From assembly GCA_965261665.1 (NCBI GenBank), contig OZ253467.1:30582-94581 (forward strand): a stretch of 64,000 nt of DNA, read 5' to 3'. The DNA comes from Dehalococcoidia bacterium. GTDB taxonomy: Bacteria > Chloroflexota > Dehalococcoidia > Lucifugimonadales > GCA-2712585. Every line of letters starts with the position of its first letter. Position 1 is the first letter of the stretch. The position numbers and the translations under genes are program-made. The notes beneath the pieces were generated by a model that did not search any database, had not been told where the DNA came from, and worked only from the letters and a program-made list of their open reading frames with translations. This document shows positions 42,235 through 51,951 of this stretch, piece by piece.

Positions 42235-43695
42235 CTATCCGCCGGCAGCGTTGGCCCCACCAATCCTCCCGAACACCGCCCCGTGCATCAGCCCCGACGC
42301 CCGCAGGCTGTCGAAATAGAAGAACCCGCCGACGATTTCACCGGCAGCGTAGAGACCGGAAATCGGCCTGTCCTCCGTGTCCAACACCTGCGCCCGCGTG
42401 TTTATCTTCAGCCCGCCAAAGGTATAGGTGATTCCTCCCGTCACTCGGTATGCCGAAAAGGGCGGCGTGTCGATGGCCAAGGCCCAGTTGCTTTTGGGCG
42501 GATCGACCTCCCTGGTCCCCTTGCCGTCCAGCCTCGAAGCGTCGAACTCCCCTTCCTGCACCACGTCGTTGAACTCCCCAATCGTCTGCTCCACCTGCTG
42601 TGAATCCAGCCCCAGCTTTTCCGCCAACTCGCCAACGGTTTCGGCCCTGACCGCCGACGAACTCCCGTACCGCTCTTCCAACAGCGGCTCCGCCTTTGCG
42701 TCAAACACCTGGAAGGCGATTCCCCCGGGCTGCTTCAGAATCAACGAGCCCATCTCAACGAAGTTATTCAGGGCGAAATCTGCCCCTTCGTCCACGAACC
42801 TCTCCCCGTTAGCGTTGAGCATGACTCCAAAGGGATAGGAGCGGCGGGGCAGCCGGTCCACCGAATCGGGAGAGCCGGTGTCCGGTGCGTCCGCGTCGAT
42901 GGGCGTGCCGTGGTAGCCCGTCCACTGCCCCGCCGCATTCGCACCAATCGCCAGAGCCGCCCGGTGTCCGTCCCCCGTATTGTGCTTGGATCCCCGCACC
43001 TTAGCCCGTCCCCAGTGCCCCCCCAGGTGCTCCGAACGCATCTCACTACTGGCCTCGAAGCCACCGCAGGCCAGCACCACACCCCCGGCGCGAATCTCCT
43101 GAGTTCCTTCCACGTCCTCCACCAACACTCCCGTCACCCCGCCGGAATCATCCGTCAGCAAACGAAGCATCTTGGTCTCGTACACCACCTCCACCCCGTG
43201 ACGACGAGCCGCCGTGTAGTGCATGGCGATCAACCCAGGGCCGGAACCCACCCCACTGGCCCCCACACGAACGCCCGGCATCACCTGCCTGCCTCGCCCG
43301 CTCAACTCAAACTCAATCCCCTGGCCGCGCATCCACAACACCGTGGGATAAGACTCGGCAATCAGCGTGCTCAGCAGGTTCGGGTCCGTCCGCCCGGCCG
43401 TCCTCTCCATCATTTCCCTGCGATAGTCCTCCGCGGTATAGGGGCTTATCCGACCCTCTATCCCATCCAACGACGATGGGTCCGCCATCAGTGGCTTCAG
43501 GTCTTTCGCCCCACTGTGGGTGAACCGGAATCCCCCGCCGGTATACGGGCAGTTGCCGCCCCTATCCTCTGGCGTTGCCTTCTCCATGAGCAGGACCCGC
43601 GCACCCTTCTCCCTGGCAGAGAGAGCGGCGCACATGGCCGCATTCCCTCCCCCCACCACTATAACGTCGAAATAGAGTTCAGTATTCTCAGACAT
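42235..43695 (-). CDS. FAD-binding dehydrogenase (fumarate-reductase flavoprotein / TcuA-like)
   Basis: DVIVVGGGNAAMCAALSAREKGARVLLMEK dinucleotide fold and C-terminal GLYAAGE motif. ATG 43695 has GGAGAGG upstream; the track start is GTG 43716. Confidence 0.8.
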   Translation of the reverse strand: MSENTELYFDVIVVGGGNAAMCAALSAREKGARVLLMEKATPEDRGGNCPYTGGGFRFTHSGAKDLKPLMADPSSLDGIEGRISPYTAEDYRREMMERTAGRTDPNLLSTLIAESYPTVLWMRGQGIEFELSGRGRQVMPGVRVGASGVGSGPGLIAMHYTAARRHGVEVVYETKMLRLLTDDSGGVTGVLVEDVEGTQEIRAGGVVLACGGFEASSEMRSEHLGGHWGRAKVRGSKHNTGDGHRAALAIGANAAGQWTGYHGTPIDADAPDTGSPDSVDRLPRRSYPFGVMLNANGERFVDEGADFALNNFVEMGSLILKQPGGIAFQVFDAKAEPLLEERYGSSSAVRAETVGELAEKLGLDSQQVEQTIGEFNDVVQEGEFDASRLDGKGTREVDPPKSNWALAIDTPPFSAYRVTGGITYTFGGLKINTRAQVLDTEDRPISGLYAAGEIVGGFFYFDSLRASGLMHGAVFGRIGGANAAGG

Positions 43696-43833
43696 ATCTT
43701 CCCTCTCCATCCCCACAGGTCATTTCGAAGGCTGCGAAAAATCCCGCCGCCCACTTCCATCCCCACCAACGCCGGAATTCAACCCCATCCCCTCTTCACC
43801 AAAACCGAGAACTGAAGAATCTACACATACCCG

Positions 43834-44223
43834 CTATTCCCCCACCTCGTACTCCTCGATCAAGGCCGTCATCCGCTCCACGTAGCGATGAACGAAAGGT
43901 CGATCGGCAGCAATCTCGTACTCCTCCAAGTTCTCATGGAAGAAATGCACGTGGAATTTCTCAGCGAGCGCAAATCCGGCAGCAATGAACGGGTCTCCGT
44001 ACTCATCGGACAGCCGCGTGACAGCGTTCTTGTTGGCCCGGTGCGATCGATGCTGCCAGCCTCGCTGCTTTGCGGCGGCTATCACGACCTGCGACGCGGC
44101 GCCATACAGCTTTTCGGCGCCCTGCCTTGTATCCCCCGAGGCAAACTCCTCGTCCGACTGCGCTAGAAACGCCCAAGCCTGCGCCACGCATTCCTTAACG
44201 CCAGTCTCTCGTTCCGTAATCAT
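43834..44223 (-). CDS. PaREP1/HEPN-like helical protein (paralogue of 13201..13554)
   Basis: GGAGG lies 8 nt upstream of ATG 44223. SGDTRQGAEKLYGAASQVVIAAAKQRGWQHRSH block. Confidence 0.5.
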   Translation of the reverse strand: MITERETGVKECVAQAWAFLAQSDEEFASGDTRQGAEKLYGAASQVVIAAAKQRGWQHRSHRANKNAVTRLSDEYGDPFIAAGFALAEKFHVHFFHENLEEYEIAADRPFVHRYVERMTALIEEYEVGE

Positions 44224-44367
44224 AGCCAGAACCTCCAACGCCCCAATTTTAGCACGTCTTCTCCCCCTTGACCCTCCCCTCAGTCTATACGAAAGTAGCC
44301 CATATGTGGTAATGTTTTTATCGCCCAAACGGGACCGCTAATGAACCACAAATAGGATGACACACCA

Positions 44368-45099
44368 ATGAACGGCAACGACTACATTATCTCCGCAAGC
44401 CGGGTATTCAAGACCTACAGCACGGGCCGTGTGCACGTTCAGGCCCTACGGGGCGTTGACCTCCACGTGCAGGAAGGCGAAATGGTGGCCATTATGGGCC
44501 CCAGCGGTTGCGGCAAGACCACCCTTCTCAACTGCCTCTCCGGCCTGGATTCCACCGACTCCGGCGAGATTTTCGTAGAGAAGATGCAGCTTCACCAGCT
44601 GCCCGACGACGAGCGTAGCGACTATCGCGCCCAGCGCATGGGCTTCATCTTCCAGCTATACAACCTGCTCCCCGTTCTGACCTCCGTAGAAAACGTGGAG
44701 ATGCCCCTCCTCGTGTCCGGCATTGGCAGCCAGGAAGCCCGTCGCCGCTCCCTGGAGATGCTGGAACTGGTGGGGCTGGTCGAGTGGGCCCAGCATCTCC
44801 CCGCCGAACTCTCCGGCGGCCAGCGCCAGCGCGTCACCATCGCCCGCGCCCTCGTCAACAACCCTGCCATCATCTGGGCCGACGAACCTACCGGCGACCT
44901 GGACAGCGAGACTACCCAGGACATCATGGACCTGCTCATCTCCCTGAACCGGAAAAACCGCCAGACCTTCGTCCTTGTCACCCACTCCCTGGAAGTGGGC
45001 GAAATGGCCCACCGCATCGTGCGAATGCGTGACGGTCAGGTAATCGACGACGGCTTGGGCGGCGCCGCTACCCGTAGAACCGGCAACCGGCGGGCATAG
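44368..45099 (+). CDS. ABC transporter ATP-binding protein (MacB/LolD/FtsE-like)
   Basis: Walker [25 protein letters not shown], Walker [10 protein letters not shown]. Confidence 0.9.
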   Translation: MNGNDYIISASRVFKTYSTGRVHVQALRGVDLHVQEGEMVAIMGPSGCGKTTLLNCLSGLDSTDSGEIFVEKMQLHQLPDDERSDYRAQRMGFIFQLYNLLPVLTSVENVEMPLLVSGIGSQEARRRSLEMLELVGLVEWAQHLPAELSGGQRQRVTIARALVNNPAIIWADEPTGDLDSETTQDIMDLLISLNRKNRQTFVLVTHSLEVGEMAHRIVRMRDGQVIDDGLGGAATRRTGNRRA

Positions 45100-45104
45100 G
45101 TCAA

Positions 45105-48100
45105 GTGCAAGAACTCTTCGGTCTCTCCATGAACGTGCTGATGGCCATTCTGCTGGCCATCTTCCTTGGAATTATGGCCGTCGTGGGCTTCCTGGCTTGG
45201 CGTCACCGCATAATGCTGAGACTTGGCCTCCGCAACATCCCTCGCCGGCCCGCCCAAACGGCCCTCATTATCGTCGGTTCCATGCTCAGCGCAGTCATTA
45301 TTGCCGCTTCCTTCGCAACCGGCGATACCATAAGCTCATCCATTCGCAACGCCAGCATCGAGGGCCTTGGAACCATTGACGAAGTTCTGACCCCCGCCCG
45401 CGGCGCCGAGGACTTCGGCCCCGCCTATGTCTCCATCAGCCGCTTCGACTCGCTTCAGGCGCAGCTTGCCGGTTTCGACGCCACCGACGGCATGACCCCC
45501 TATATTGCCGAAACTGCTCCCATACTGAACCTTCGCGCCTCCCTCTCCGAGGGCCAGGCGCGCATCGTCGCTCCGGACCCCGACACCCTTGGGGGATTCG
45601 GCCAATTCACCCTCCTATCCGGCCAACCCTTCCCTCTCGGCACTCTGCCGCCGGGCGGGGTGCTGGTGAACGAGGAGGCCGTTGACGCCCTGGACGCCAA
45701 AGTCGGCGATACACTGCGGCTCTTCCTACCAGATGGATCCGTAGATGTTCGAGTGGAAGGCGTGGTGGAAAACGGCGGACTCGCCGGCATTGATACGACC
45801 ATCCTGATGCCTCTCGAAGCTGCCCAGGAAGTCTTCGGCAAAGAGGGGCAGATAAACACCATTGCCATCTCCAACCGCGGCGGGGCCCTGAGCGGCGCCA
45901 ACCTCAGCCATGACGTTACCAACAAGCTCAGCGTTATTTTCGCAGACCCCCAGGTGGTAGAGGAACTGAAACTCCTCCTGAACAAGCCGGAGGTCCTGAC
46001 GCTCATTGAAGGCCAGGAAGCCGGGCTGCGCGCGGAACACAAGGAAGACATGGGGATTCTCCGGCAAGAGCTTGTTCGCCCAGAGGTTTCCGAGGAACTC
46101 GTTCGCGTCCTTTCGGACGAAGACGTACGAGGAGAGGTCCTGAATGCGATGGCCTCCGGCGGCCTCACCGGCATGGAGGAAAACACCGACACCCTTTTCC
46201 GCAATCTGTCGGAAATGTCCGTGTTCGAAGTCAAACGCTTCCTGTTGGACCTGTCCGACGATGCCGCCAGTGGCGCAACCGCCCTATTCATCATCCTGGG
46301 TCTCTTCTCCGTAGGCGTCGGCGTGCTGCTGGTGTTCCTCATCTTCGTGATGTTGGCGGCGGCGCGCCGGACAGAGATGGGCATGGCCCGCGCCATCGGC
46401 GCAAAGCGAAGCCACCTCGTCCAGATGTTTATCTTCGAGGGCACCGCCTACAACCTGGTGTCTGCGGCCTTGGGCGTCACAGTCGGCCTGGGCGTCGGAT
46501 ACCTGATAGTAGCCGCCACCAATCAGATTCTTGGGGGAACCAGCGAGGAGTTCGAATTCTCCTACACCTTCGAACTTCGCAGCGCGGTTGTGGCCTACTG
46601 CCTCGGCATGATAATCACATTCGCCACCGTCGCCGTTTCCGCCTATCGCGTGAGCCGCATGAACATCGTGGAAGCCGTGAGGGGTCTGCCGGAAACCGTC
46701 ACGTCGAGCGATGAGGGAACTTTCTCCCAACGGCTTCTGGACGTTGTCAAAGCCGCCGTCCGCCCTATCCTATTCCTGTTTTCTGCCTTGAAGAACCTCC
46801 TTAACAGAAGATTCGTCGCAACTCTGCGCTACCTGGCCGGCGCCGCCTTTTGGCTGCTCATCCTCCCTTGGCTGGCAGACGTCGCCGTGGCCCTCCTGCG
46901 ATTCGCCTGGCCCTACTTCCTGCGGGGCTGGCTCACCATTCTGTTGGGTGTGCTTCTCATCCTCGGCGGAGCCGGCCCCTGGAATCAGGCTGCCCCCTTC
47001 GCCATCGGCGCAACCTTCGTCATCGTCGGCTTCGGGCTCCTGCTTCGTCTGTCCATCTTCCGATGGCCCAACCTGTCTGCGGCCCCCGGACTTCTGACCT
47101 TAATCGGCGGCGGCGTCCTTCTCATCTACGGCATCGCCATCGGTTCCCTCACCGACATCCTGACCGCCGCCGCCCTTGTCGTCATCGGAGTGGCCATGCT
47201 GATTCCCGGCTGGGCCAATCGCGGAAACTTGCGCCCAGAATTCATCGATAGGCTGGCCTTCACCTTCATCGGCGTCCTCACCCTGGCTTGGTGGGTGCTC
47301 CCCTTTGACACCCTGGAACCCATCGCCGGCACACTGAATTTCGACAGCGAAATGTTCTTCGTTACCGGCATAGCCATGGTAGCTGCGGCCGTCTGGTCTC
47401 TTATGTACAACGCCGATCTGCTTCTAAAGACTTTGACCTTCCTCACCGCAGGCATCGGCAAGCTGCGCCCCGTCCTCGTCCTCGCCGTCGCCTATCCCAT
47501 GAGCGCCAAGTTCCGCACTGGCCTGACCCTGGCCATGTTCGCCCTCGTCATCTTCACCCTCATCGTCATGTCCATCCTCACCGACGCCTTCGGCAACACC
47601 CTGGCCGACACCGATTCCGTCACCGGCCACTGGGACGTCGAGATGCAGGTGAACCCCGGCAATCCCATTGACGATATCGAAGGTGCGCTGGCCGACGTGA
47701 ACGAGCTTCCGCCCTCCACTTTCGACGCCGTCGGCGGGTTCGTCACTGCCCCGGTGGTGGCTCGACATCCCGGCGACGACAGCCCCCGCTGGAAAAGCTT
47801 CTCCCTTCAGGCAGCCGACGCGGATTATCTGGACGCCACCGAATACGACTTGCATCTGATCGCAGAAGGCTACGGCCCAACCAAAGAGGAAGTTTGGCAA
47901 GCCCTCCGGGACAACCCCAACCTTGCCGTCGTGGGATACTTCGCCGTTGGCGACAGCGGCCAGGAGGAGTTCGCCGCCTCCACCTCCTCCTTCAGGGTCG
48001 AGGGTGTGTCTGTCGATGACAAAACCATGTCTCCCGTTGACGTGGAGATTCTGGAACCTCAGACCAACACCCAGATCAACTACACCGTCATCGGCATACT

Positions 48101-48722
48101 GAATCTGGTAGCTGACAACGAAGGCAGCATAATTGTCAACAAGGAAAGCATCGATAAGGCGCTGCCCTTCCCCGTGCCCATCACCACCTACCGGTTCAGA
48201 ACGGCCCAAGGGGTAGACGTAAAGGAAGCGTCCAGAACCCTGGAGGCCTCCTTCCTGGAGAACGGGGCAGAGGCGGTATCGCTCAAAGAGGTCGTAGACG
48301 AAGAGATCGCTGTAAGCAACGCCTTCAACAACCTGTTAATCGGCTTCATGGGCATGGGCCTGATAGTTGGCGTAGCCGCCCTCGGCGTCATCAGCCTGCG
48401 GGCGGTGGTAGAACGTCGGCAGCACGTCGGAGTGCTGCGGGCCATCGGCTACCGGCAGAGCATGATTCAGTTAAGCTTCCTGGTAGAAGCCTCCTTCGTA
48501 TCCCTGCTGGGTGTGGCTATCGGGGTAGCTCTCGGAGCCATCCTATCCTTCAATCTGGTGGCGGGCTTCCAGGACCAGATACCGGGCCTCCAATTCTCCA
48601 TGCCGTGGTTGCAAATAGGCGTCATCATAGGCATTGCTTACGTATTTGCCATGATTACAACCTACCTGCCCGCCCGGCAAGCCGGACGCATCCACCCCGC
48701 CGAAGCCCTCCGCTACGAATAA
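45105..48722 (+). CDS. Large FtsX/MacB-type ABC permease with two FtsX modules
   Basis: 1205 aa. Two MacB_PCD-like extracytoplasmic regions, each followed by FtsX-type helices (..RTEMGMARAIGAKRSH.., ..RRQHVGVLRAIGYRQS..). Confidence 0.8.
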   Translation: MQELFGLSMNVLMAILLAIFLGIMAVVGFLAWRHRIMLRLGLRNIPRRPAQTALIIVGSMLSAVIIAASFATGDTISSSIRNASIEGLGTIDEVLTPARGAEDFGPAYVSISRFDSLQAQLAGFDATDGMTPYIAETAPILNLRASLSEGQARIVAPDPDTLGGFGQFTLLSGQPFPLGTLPPGGVLVNEEAVDALDAKVGDTLRLFLPDGSVDVRVEGVVENGGLAGIDTTILMPLEAAQEVFGKEGQINTIAISNRGGALSGANLSHDVTNKLSVIFADPQVVEELKLLLNKPEVLTLIEGQEAGLRAEHKEDMGILRQELVRPEVSEELVRVLSDEDVRGEVLNAMASGGLTGMEENTDTLFRNLSEMSVFEVKRFLLDLSDDAASGATALFIILGLFSVGVGVLLVFLIFVMLAAARRTEMGMARAIGAKRSHLVQMFIFEGTAYNLVSAALGVTVGLGVGYLIVAATNQILGGTSEEFEFSYTFELRSAVVAYCLGMIITFATVAVSAYRVSRMNIVEAVRGLPETVTSSDEGTFSQRLLDVVKAAVRPILFLFSALKNLLNRRFVATLRYLAGAAFWLLILPWLADVAVALLRFAWPYFLRGWLTILLGVLLILGGAGPWNQAAPFAIGATFVIVGFGLLLRLSIFRWPNLSAAPGLLTLIGGGVLLIYGIAIGSLTDILTAAALVVIGVAMLIPGWANRGNLRPEFIDRLAFTFIGVLTLAWWVLPFDTLEPIAGTLNFDSEMFFVTGIAMVAAAVWSLMYNADLLLKTLTFLTAGIGKLRPVLVLAVAYPMSAKFRTGLTLAMFALVIFTLIVMSILTDAFGNTLADTDSVTGHWDVEMQVNPGNPIDDIEGALADVNELPPSTFDAVGGFVTAPVVARHPGDDSPRWKSFSLQAADADYLDATEYDLHLIAEGYGPTKEEVWQALRDNPNLAVVGYFAVGDSGQEEFAASTSSFRVEGVSVDDKTMSPVDVEILEPQTNTQINYTVIGILNLVADNEGSIIVNKESIDKALPFPVPITTYRFRTAQGVDVKEASRTLEASFLENGAEAVSLKEVVDEEIAVSNAFNNLLIGFMGMGLIVGVAALGVISLRAVVERRQHVGVLRAIGYRQSMIQLSFLVEASFVSLLGVAIGVALGAILSFNLVAGFQDQIPGLQFSMPWLQIGVIIGIAYVFAMITTYLPARQAGRIHPAEALRYE

Positions 48723-49029
48723 CCCCCCTCCCCCCTCGTGCCCTCGCGCATGCGGCGCCCCTATTCCCCCTCCCCTCTTCACCCACATGTCATTCTGAGG
48801 AGGCCCCGCGACGAAGAATCTCGCTCCCATCCACGCCCAACTCCCCCCTCCCTATCCTTGTTCCTGCAAAGGCAGGAACCCAGCATCCCCCCAGATCCCT
48901 TACCCCTACGGACGCAGCAAGGTTTGGCCTGCGCTCAGCTCGTCGAAGAAATGGGGGTGCTCTCCCCTCCGTGTCCTCGCGGTTGCAGGGGTCCATCTTC
49001 CCCACGCCCCTTCCCGTGTCCTCGCGCAT

Positions 49030-49152
49030 GGAGACCTTTGATCAACCGTCATTCCGGCGAAGGCCGGAATCCAGAATCCCATGATTTAGCTATGTCGGGT
49101 GTCGTATCGCAACGCTATTGGGATGCGTGTTGGCAGCTATGCAAAGGTCTCC
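49030..49152. mobile_element. MITE-like element, copy 1 (~123 bp)
   Basis: Terminal inverted repeats GGAGACCTTTGatCAAC ... GcTATGCAAAGGTCTCC. Internal hairpin CATTCCGGC-GAAG-GCCGGAATC. Confidence 0.5.
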
Positions 49153-49342
49153 GGATGCGGGGACCCATCCCTCTCCCACACATACTATCCCACGCCCAGC
49201 GCTCCCCCCACATTTCATTCTGAGCGCAGCGCAGCGGAGTCGAAGAATCTCGTTAGCCCATGCACAACTCCCCAGCGTGAGAAGCGGCACAATAGCCTAC
49301 ACAGTAACCAAGGGGCAAGTATGAAAATCAACGCAGACCACG

Positions 49343-49765
49343 ATGTCAATTAACGCAACCTACCTCACCCAACACATCGACACGTTGGACGCAGCATTCG
49401 ACCAACTGCAACAGCAGAAACCCGACGACGCCTTCTACGACATCTGCCGCGCCGCTTCCGTCAAGGAATTCGAGCTTGTCTTGGAACTCTCCGGCAGCCT
49501 GCTGAAAAAGCGGCTGAGGCCCTACATGGCCAGCAATAGGCAAGCCGACCGATTGACCTTCAAGAACGCTTTTCGTTTCGCCGCCAAGCACGGCCTCATA
49601 TCCGTCGAGGCCTGCGAGCGATGGCTCACCTACCGGGACAACAGGGACAACACCGCCCACGATTACGGGGAGGCTTTTGCCGAAACTACTCTCAAGCTGC
49701 TGCCGAACTTCGTTCTAGACGCTAGAGAACTGGCAGGGGTGATTGCGGAGGAAGGAGATGACTAA
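49343..49765 (+). CDS. HEPN-type nucleotidyltransferase substrate-binding protein (HI0074 family)
   Basis: RDNRDNTAHDY (Rx4-6H-like motif) and KEFELVLELSGSLLKKRL blocks. Overlaps the MNT gene by 8 nt. Confidence 0.7.
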   Translation: MSINATYLTQHIDTLDAAFDQLQQQKPDDAFYDICRAASVKEFELVLELSGSLLKKRLRPYMASNRQADRLTFKNAFRFAAKHGLISVEACERWLTYRDNRDNTAHDYGEAFAETTLKLLPNFVLDARELAGVIAEEGDD

Positions 49766-50078
49766 CCGGCTGCGCCTTTCTCCGCGGCACCGTCGGCTCC
49801 TCGAGGCGTTACTGGAAAAGCACGTACCCAACGTGGAGGTTTGGGCCTACGGAAGCCGCGTAAACGGCTCCGCTCACGAGGCCAGCGACCTGGACCTGGT
49901 GCTGCGAAGTCCCGCCCTGGAACCCCTGGGGCCGGAGTATTCCGCACTGGTCGAAGCCCTAGAGGAGTCAAACATCCCCATACTGGTGCAGGTTCACGAT
50001 TGGGCGAGGCTGCCGAAGAGCTTCCACCGGGAGATAGAACAGGCCTACGTGGTGTTGCAGCCCCCACCCCACTCCTAG
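49758..50078 (+). CDS. Minimal nucleotidyltransferase (MNT, HI0073-like)
   Basis: WAYGSRVNGSAHEASDLDLVL (GSx10-SDxD) motif. GGAGGAAGGAG directly upstream. Confidence 0.7.
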   Translation: MTNRLRLSPRHRRLLEALLEKHVPNVEVWAYGSRVNGSAHEASDLDLVLRSPALEPLGPEYSALVEALEESNIPILVQVHDWARLPKSFHREIEQAYVVLQPPPHS

Positions 50079-50125
50079 CACCCATCACATAGCGTCCCCA
50101 CAAAGCAAAAACGTCTTCTCCGGCC

Positions 50126-51487
50126 CTATCCACCAGCATCGTACTCGCATTCATCCCCAGTGTACATTGATATATCGGACAAGTTGCTTCTCGACATAGT
50201 ACCAAGTAGGTGACCGTTTTCGTCAAAAACAGGAGCACCGGAATCTCCCTTTACAGCGTACGCATCAGTTGCTGTAAATTCACCCAAGTGTGTCGTAACG
50301 ATGCCGGTTTCCATCCTTAGTTCGTCCGATCCATGTCCCCAAAAATAAACTTCTTGATCCGCTTGAGCAGGAGCGGCAGCCCTGTAAATGGGTTGAAGTG
50401 CCAGACCCAGCAGCTTCTCTGGGGATACCCTCAGGAGTGCCCTATCTATCGAACCACAGTGTTTTATAACCGATGCTGGGATACCCTCCTCAGAACCCGA
50501 AATCTCAACTTCTATCTCATCGCATTCGTTCTCGTCTGTGACAACATGATGTACGGTAAATATAATTCCCTCTTCGGGTTTGATTATGAGTCCCGTACCT
50601 GTGTAGCCGCTGGAAGAGAACAAGCCATGCCGCACACAAAGGACTTGTACAACATTGTCGCGAATCGCCGCCGCTGGCACATACGGATTCTCTTCTAACT
50701 CAATCTCTTGAAATTCACATCCATACATTGATACGCCACCGAAAACATTGCCTTCTCCTCCAATCTTTCCAATTACTGAAACGCTTTGACCCTTCGTCAG
50801 GAGTAAAGCAACTCTAGTATCTGCATAGTAGCAAGTTATTTCTTCCTGAAAAGATAGAAGCGACCTTTCTTTCGTAGGTGAGAGGGTCACATGAAGTTCT
50901 TCTATTTCGGAAACAAAGCCGGAGGTGGACACAGGAATTTTACCGTTCTCTAGATACCGTAGCCGTGAGTTGGCGCGCACCTTATTCTGATCATACTCAT
51001 GCAGAATATCGGTGATTTCTACCTCAATTGGCTCAGGAGCAGGAGGCGGCGTAGGTCTTGGGGTTGGGGTTGGGATTTGAGTGGGCGCAGGCGTGGGCGT
51101 CGGTACAGGAGTTGCGATTGGGGTGGTTGTAGGCATGGGTGTCGGCGCGACAGTTGGGGCTGGAGTAGGTCTGGTCACCACAGTAGAGGTTCCTGCGCTT
51201 TCGGGTTCGTTGGCTACTCTCTCCGTGGGGAGGTTCTCATCTGTACCCCCTACTATTGTCCCAATTATCGCAAGCAAAACGATCAGTGCGACTAATCCCC
51301 CACACCCTATACCTAATACCTTCAATACAGTCTTACCAGTCCCGGCCTTTTTCTTGGGTTGCACGGGAAGAGTGAATTGAGGCAGGGGACTTACGTTCTC
51401 AGTGGCATTCCCCAGTTTAGTTCCACATTGACTGCAAAATGCTGCATTTTGTGGCAGTTTATCTCCGCATTTATGGCAAAAAGCCAC
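50126..51487 (-). CDS. Membrane-anchored trypsin-like serine protease (zinc ribbon - TM - PT linker - OB-like domain - peptidase)
   Basis: FCHKCG...CSQCG ribbon, one TM, a ~50-aa Pro/Thr linker, a tRNA_anti-like OB block (HEYDQNKVRANSRL...GQSVSVIGKIG) and catalytic TVHHVV / DRALLRV / GDSGAPVF. Confidence 0.7.
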   Translation of the reverse strand: MAFCHKCGDKLPQNAAFCSQCGTKLGNATENVSPLPQFTLPVQPKKKAGTGKTVLKVLGIGCGGLVALIVLLAIIGTIVGGTDENLPTERVANEPESAGTSTVVTRPTPAPTVAPTPMPTTTPIATPVPTPTPAPTQIPTPTPRPTPPPAPEPIEVEITDILHEYDQNKVRANSRLRYLENGKIPVSTSGFVSEIEELHVTLSPTKERSLLSFQEEITCYYADTRVALLLTKGQSVSVIGKIGGEGNVFGGVSMYGCEFQEIELEENPYVPAAAIRDNVVQVLCVRHGLFSSSGYTGTGLIIKPEEGIIFTVHHVVTDENECDEIEVEISGSEEGIPASVIKHCGSIDRALLRVSPEKLLGLALQPIYRAAAPAQADQEVYFWGHGSDELRMETGIVTTHLGEFTATDAYAVKGDSGAPVFDENGHLLGTMSRSNLSDISMYTGDECEYDAGG

Positions 51488-51612
51488 TCTCCGACCTCCT
51501 ATATCCTCACCCGGTGAACGGCGTTACAGTTGTGGGAAGACTAAGCCGTTCTATCAAAATGGCCACGCTTAATTTGCGAGCAGAAGCCGGGGACGCGGAC
51601 AGCAGGGGAAGA

Positions 51613-51951
51613 CTACTTCTTCGGGAAGTTGGACTCTATCATCCGGTCGATGCGCGACCCTATCTGCTCCCCCATCTCGTACATCTTCGCCTCGTCGGAG
51701 GCGCGGGGGCCTTCGGCAAAGTACTCCGCCGTCTCTTTCTTCTTCATCATCGCCGGCATGGCCTTGCCGAGAAAGTCGTCGTCGTACTTCGCCTTCTTCT
51801 GCAGCTTGTAGTTCACGCGAGAAATCAGCCTAACCGTATTCTCGCCCTTGCAGTGCTCGCAGGACGCGGATTCCGGGATGTTGTACCTATCCCGAATAAG
51901 TGCTTCACTTATCTTCTTGCAATCGTAACAGCCGTATTCAATTAAAGGCAT
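51613..51951 (-). CDS. FmdB-family zinc-ribbon protein
   Basis: MPLIEYGCYDCK...CEHCKGENTVRL (CxxC-x-CxxC at the N-terminus). Confidence 0.6.
   Translation of the reverse strand: MPLIEYGCYDCKKISEALIRDRYNIPESASCEHCKGENTVRLISRVNYKLQKKAKYDDDFLGKAMPAMMKKKETAEYFAEGPRASDEAKMYEMGEQIGSRIDRMIESNFPKK

Noticed and set aside
48605-49324. ORFs inside repeat islands: 48605..49084, 48738..49223, 49099..49353, 52265..52600, 60722..61123 and 60765..61106.
   Set aside because: They are read-through translations of hairpin and MITE repeats (recurrent peptides such as HVILNVAKRSEES and MQRSPDAGTHP). They lack start context.
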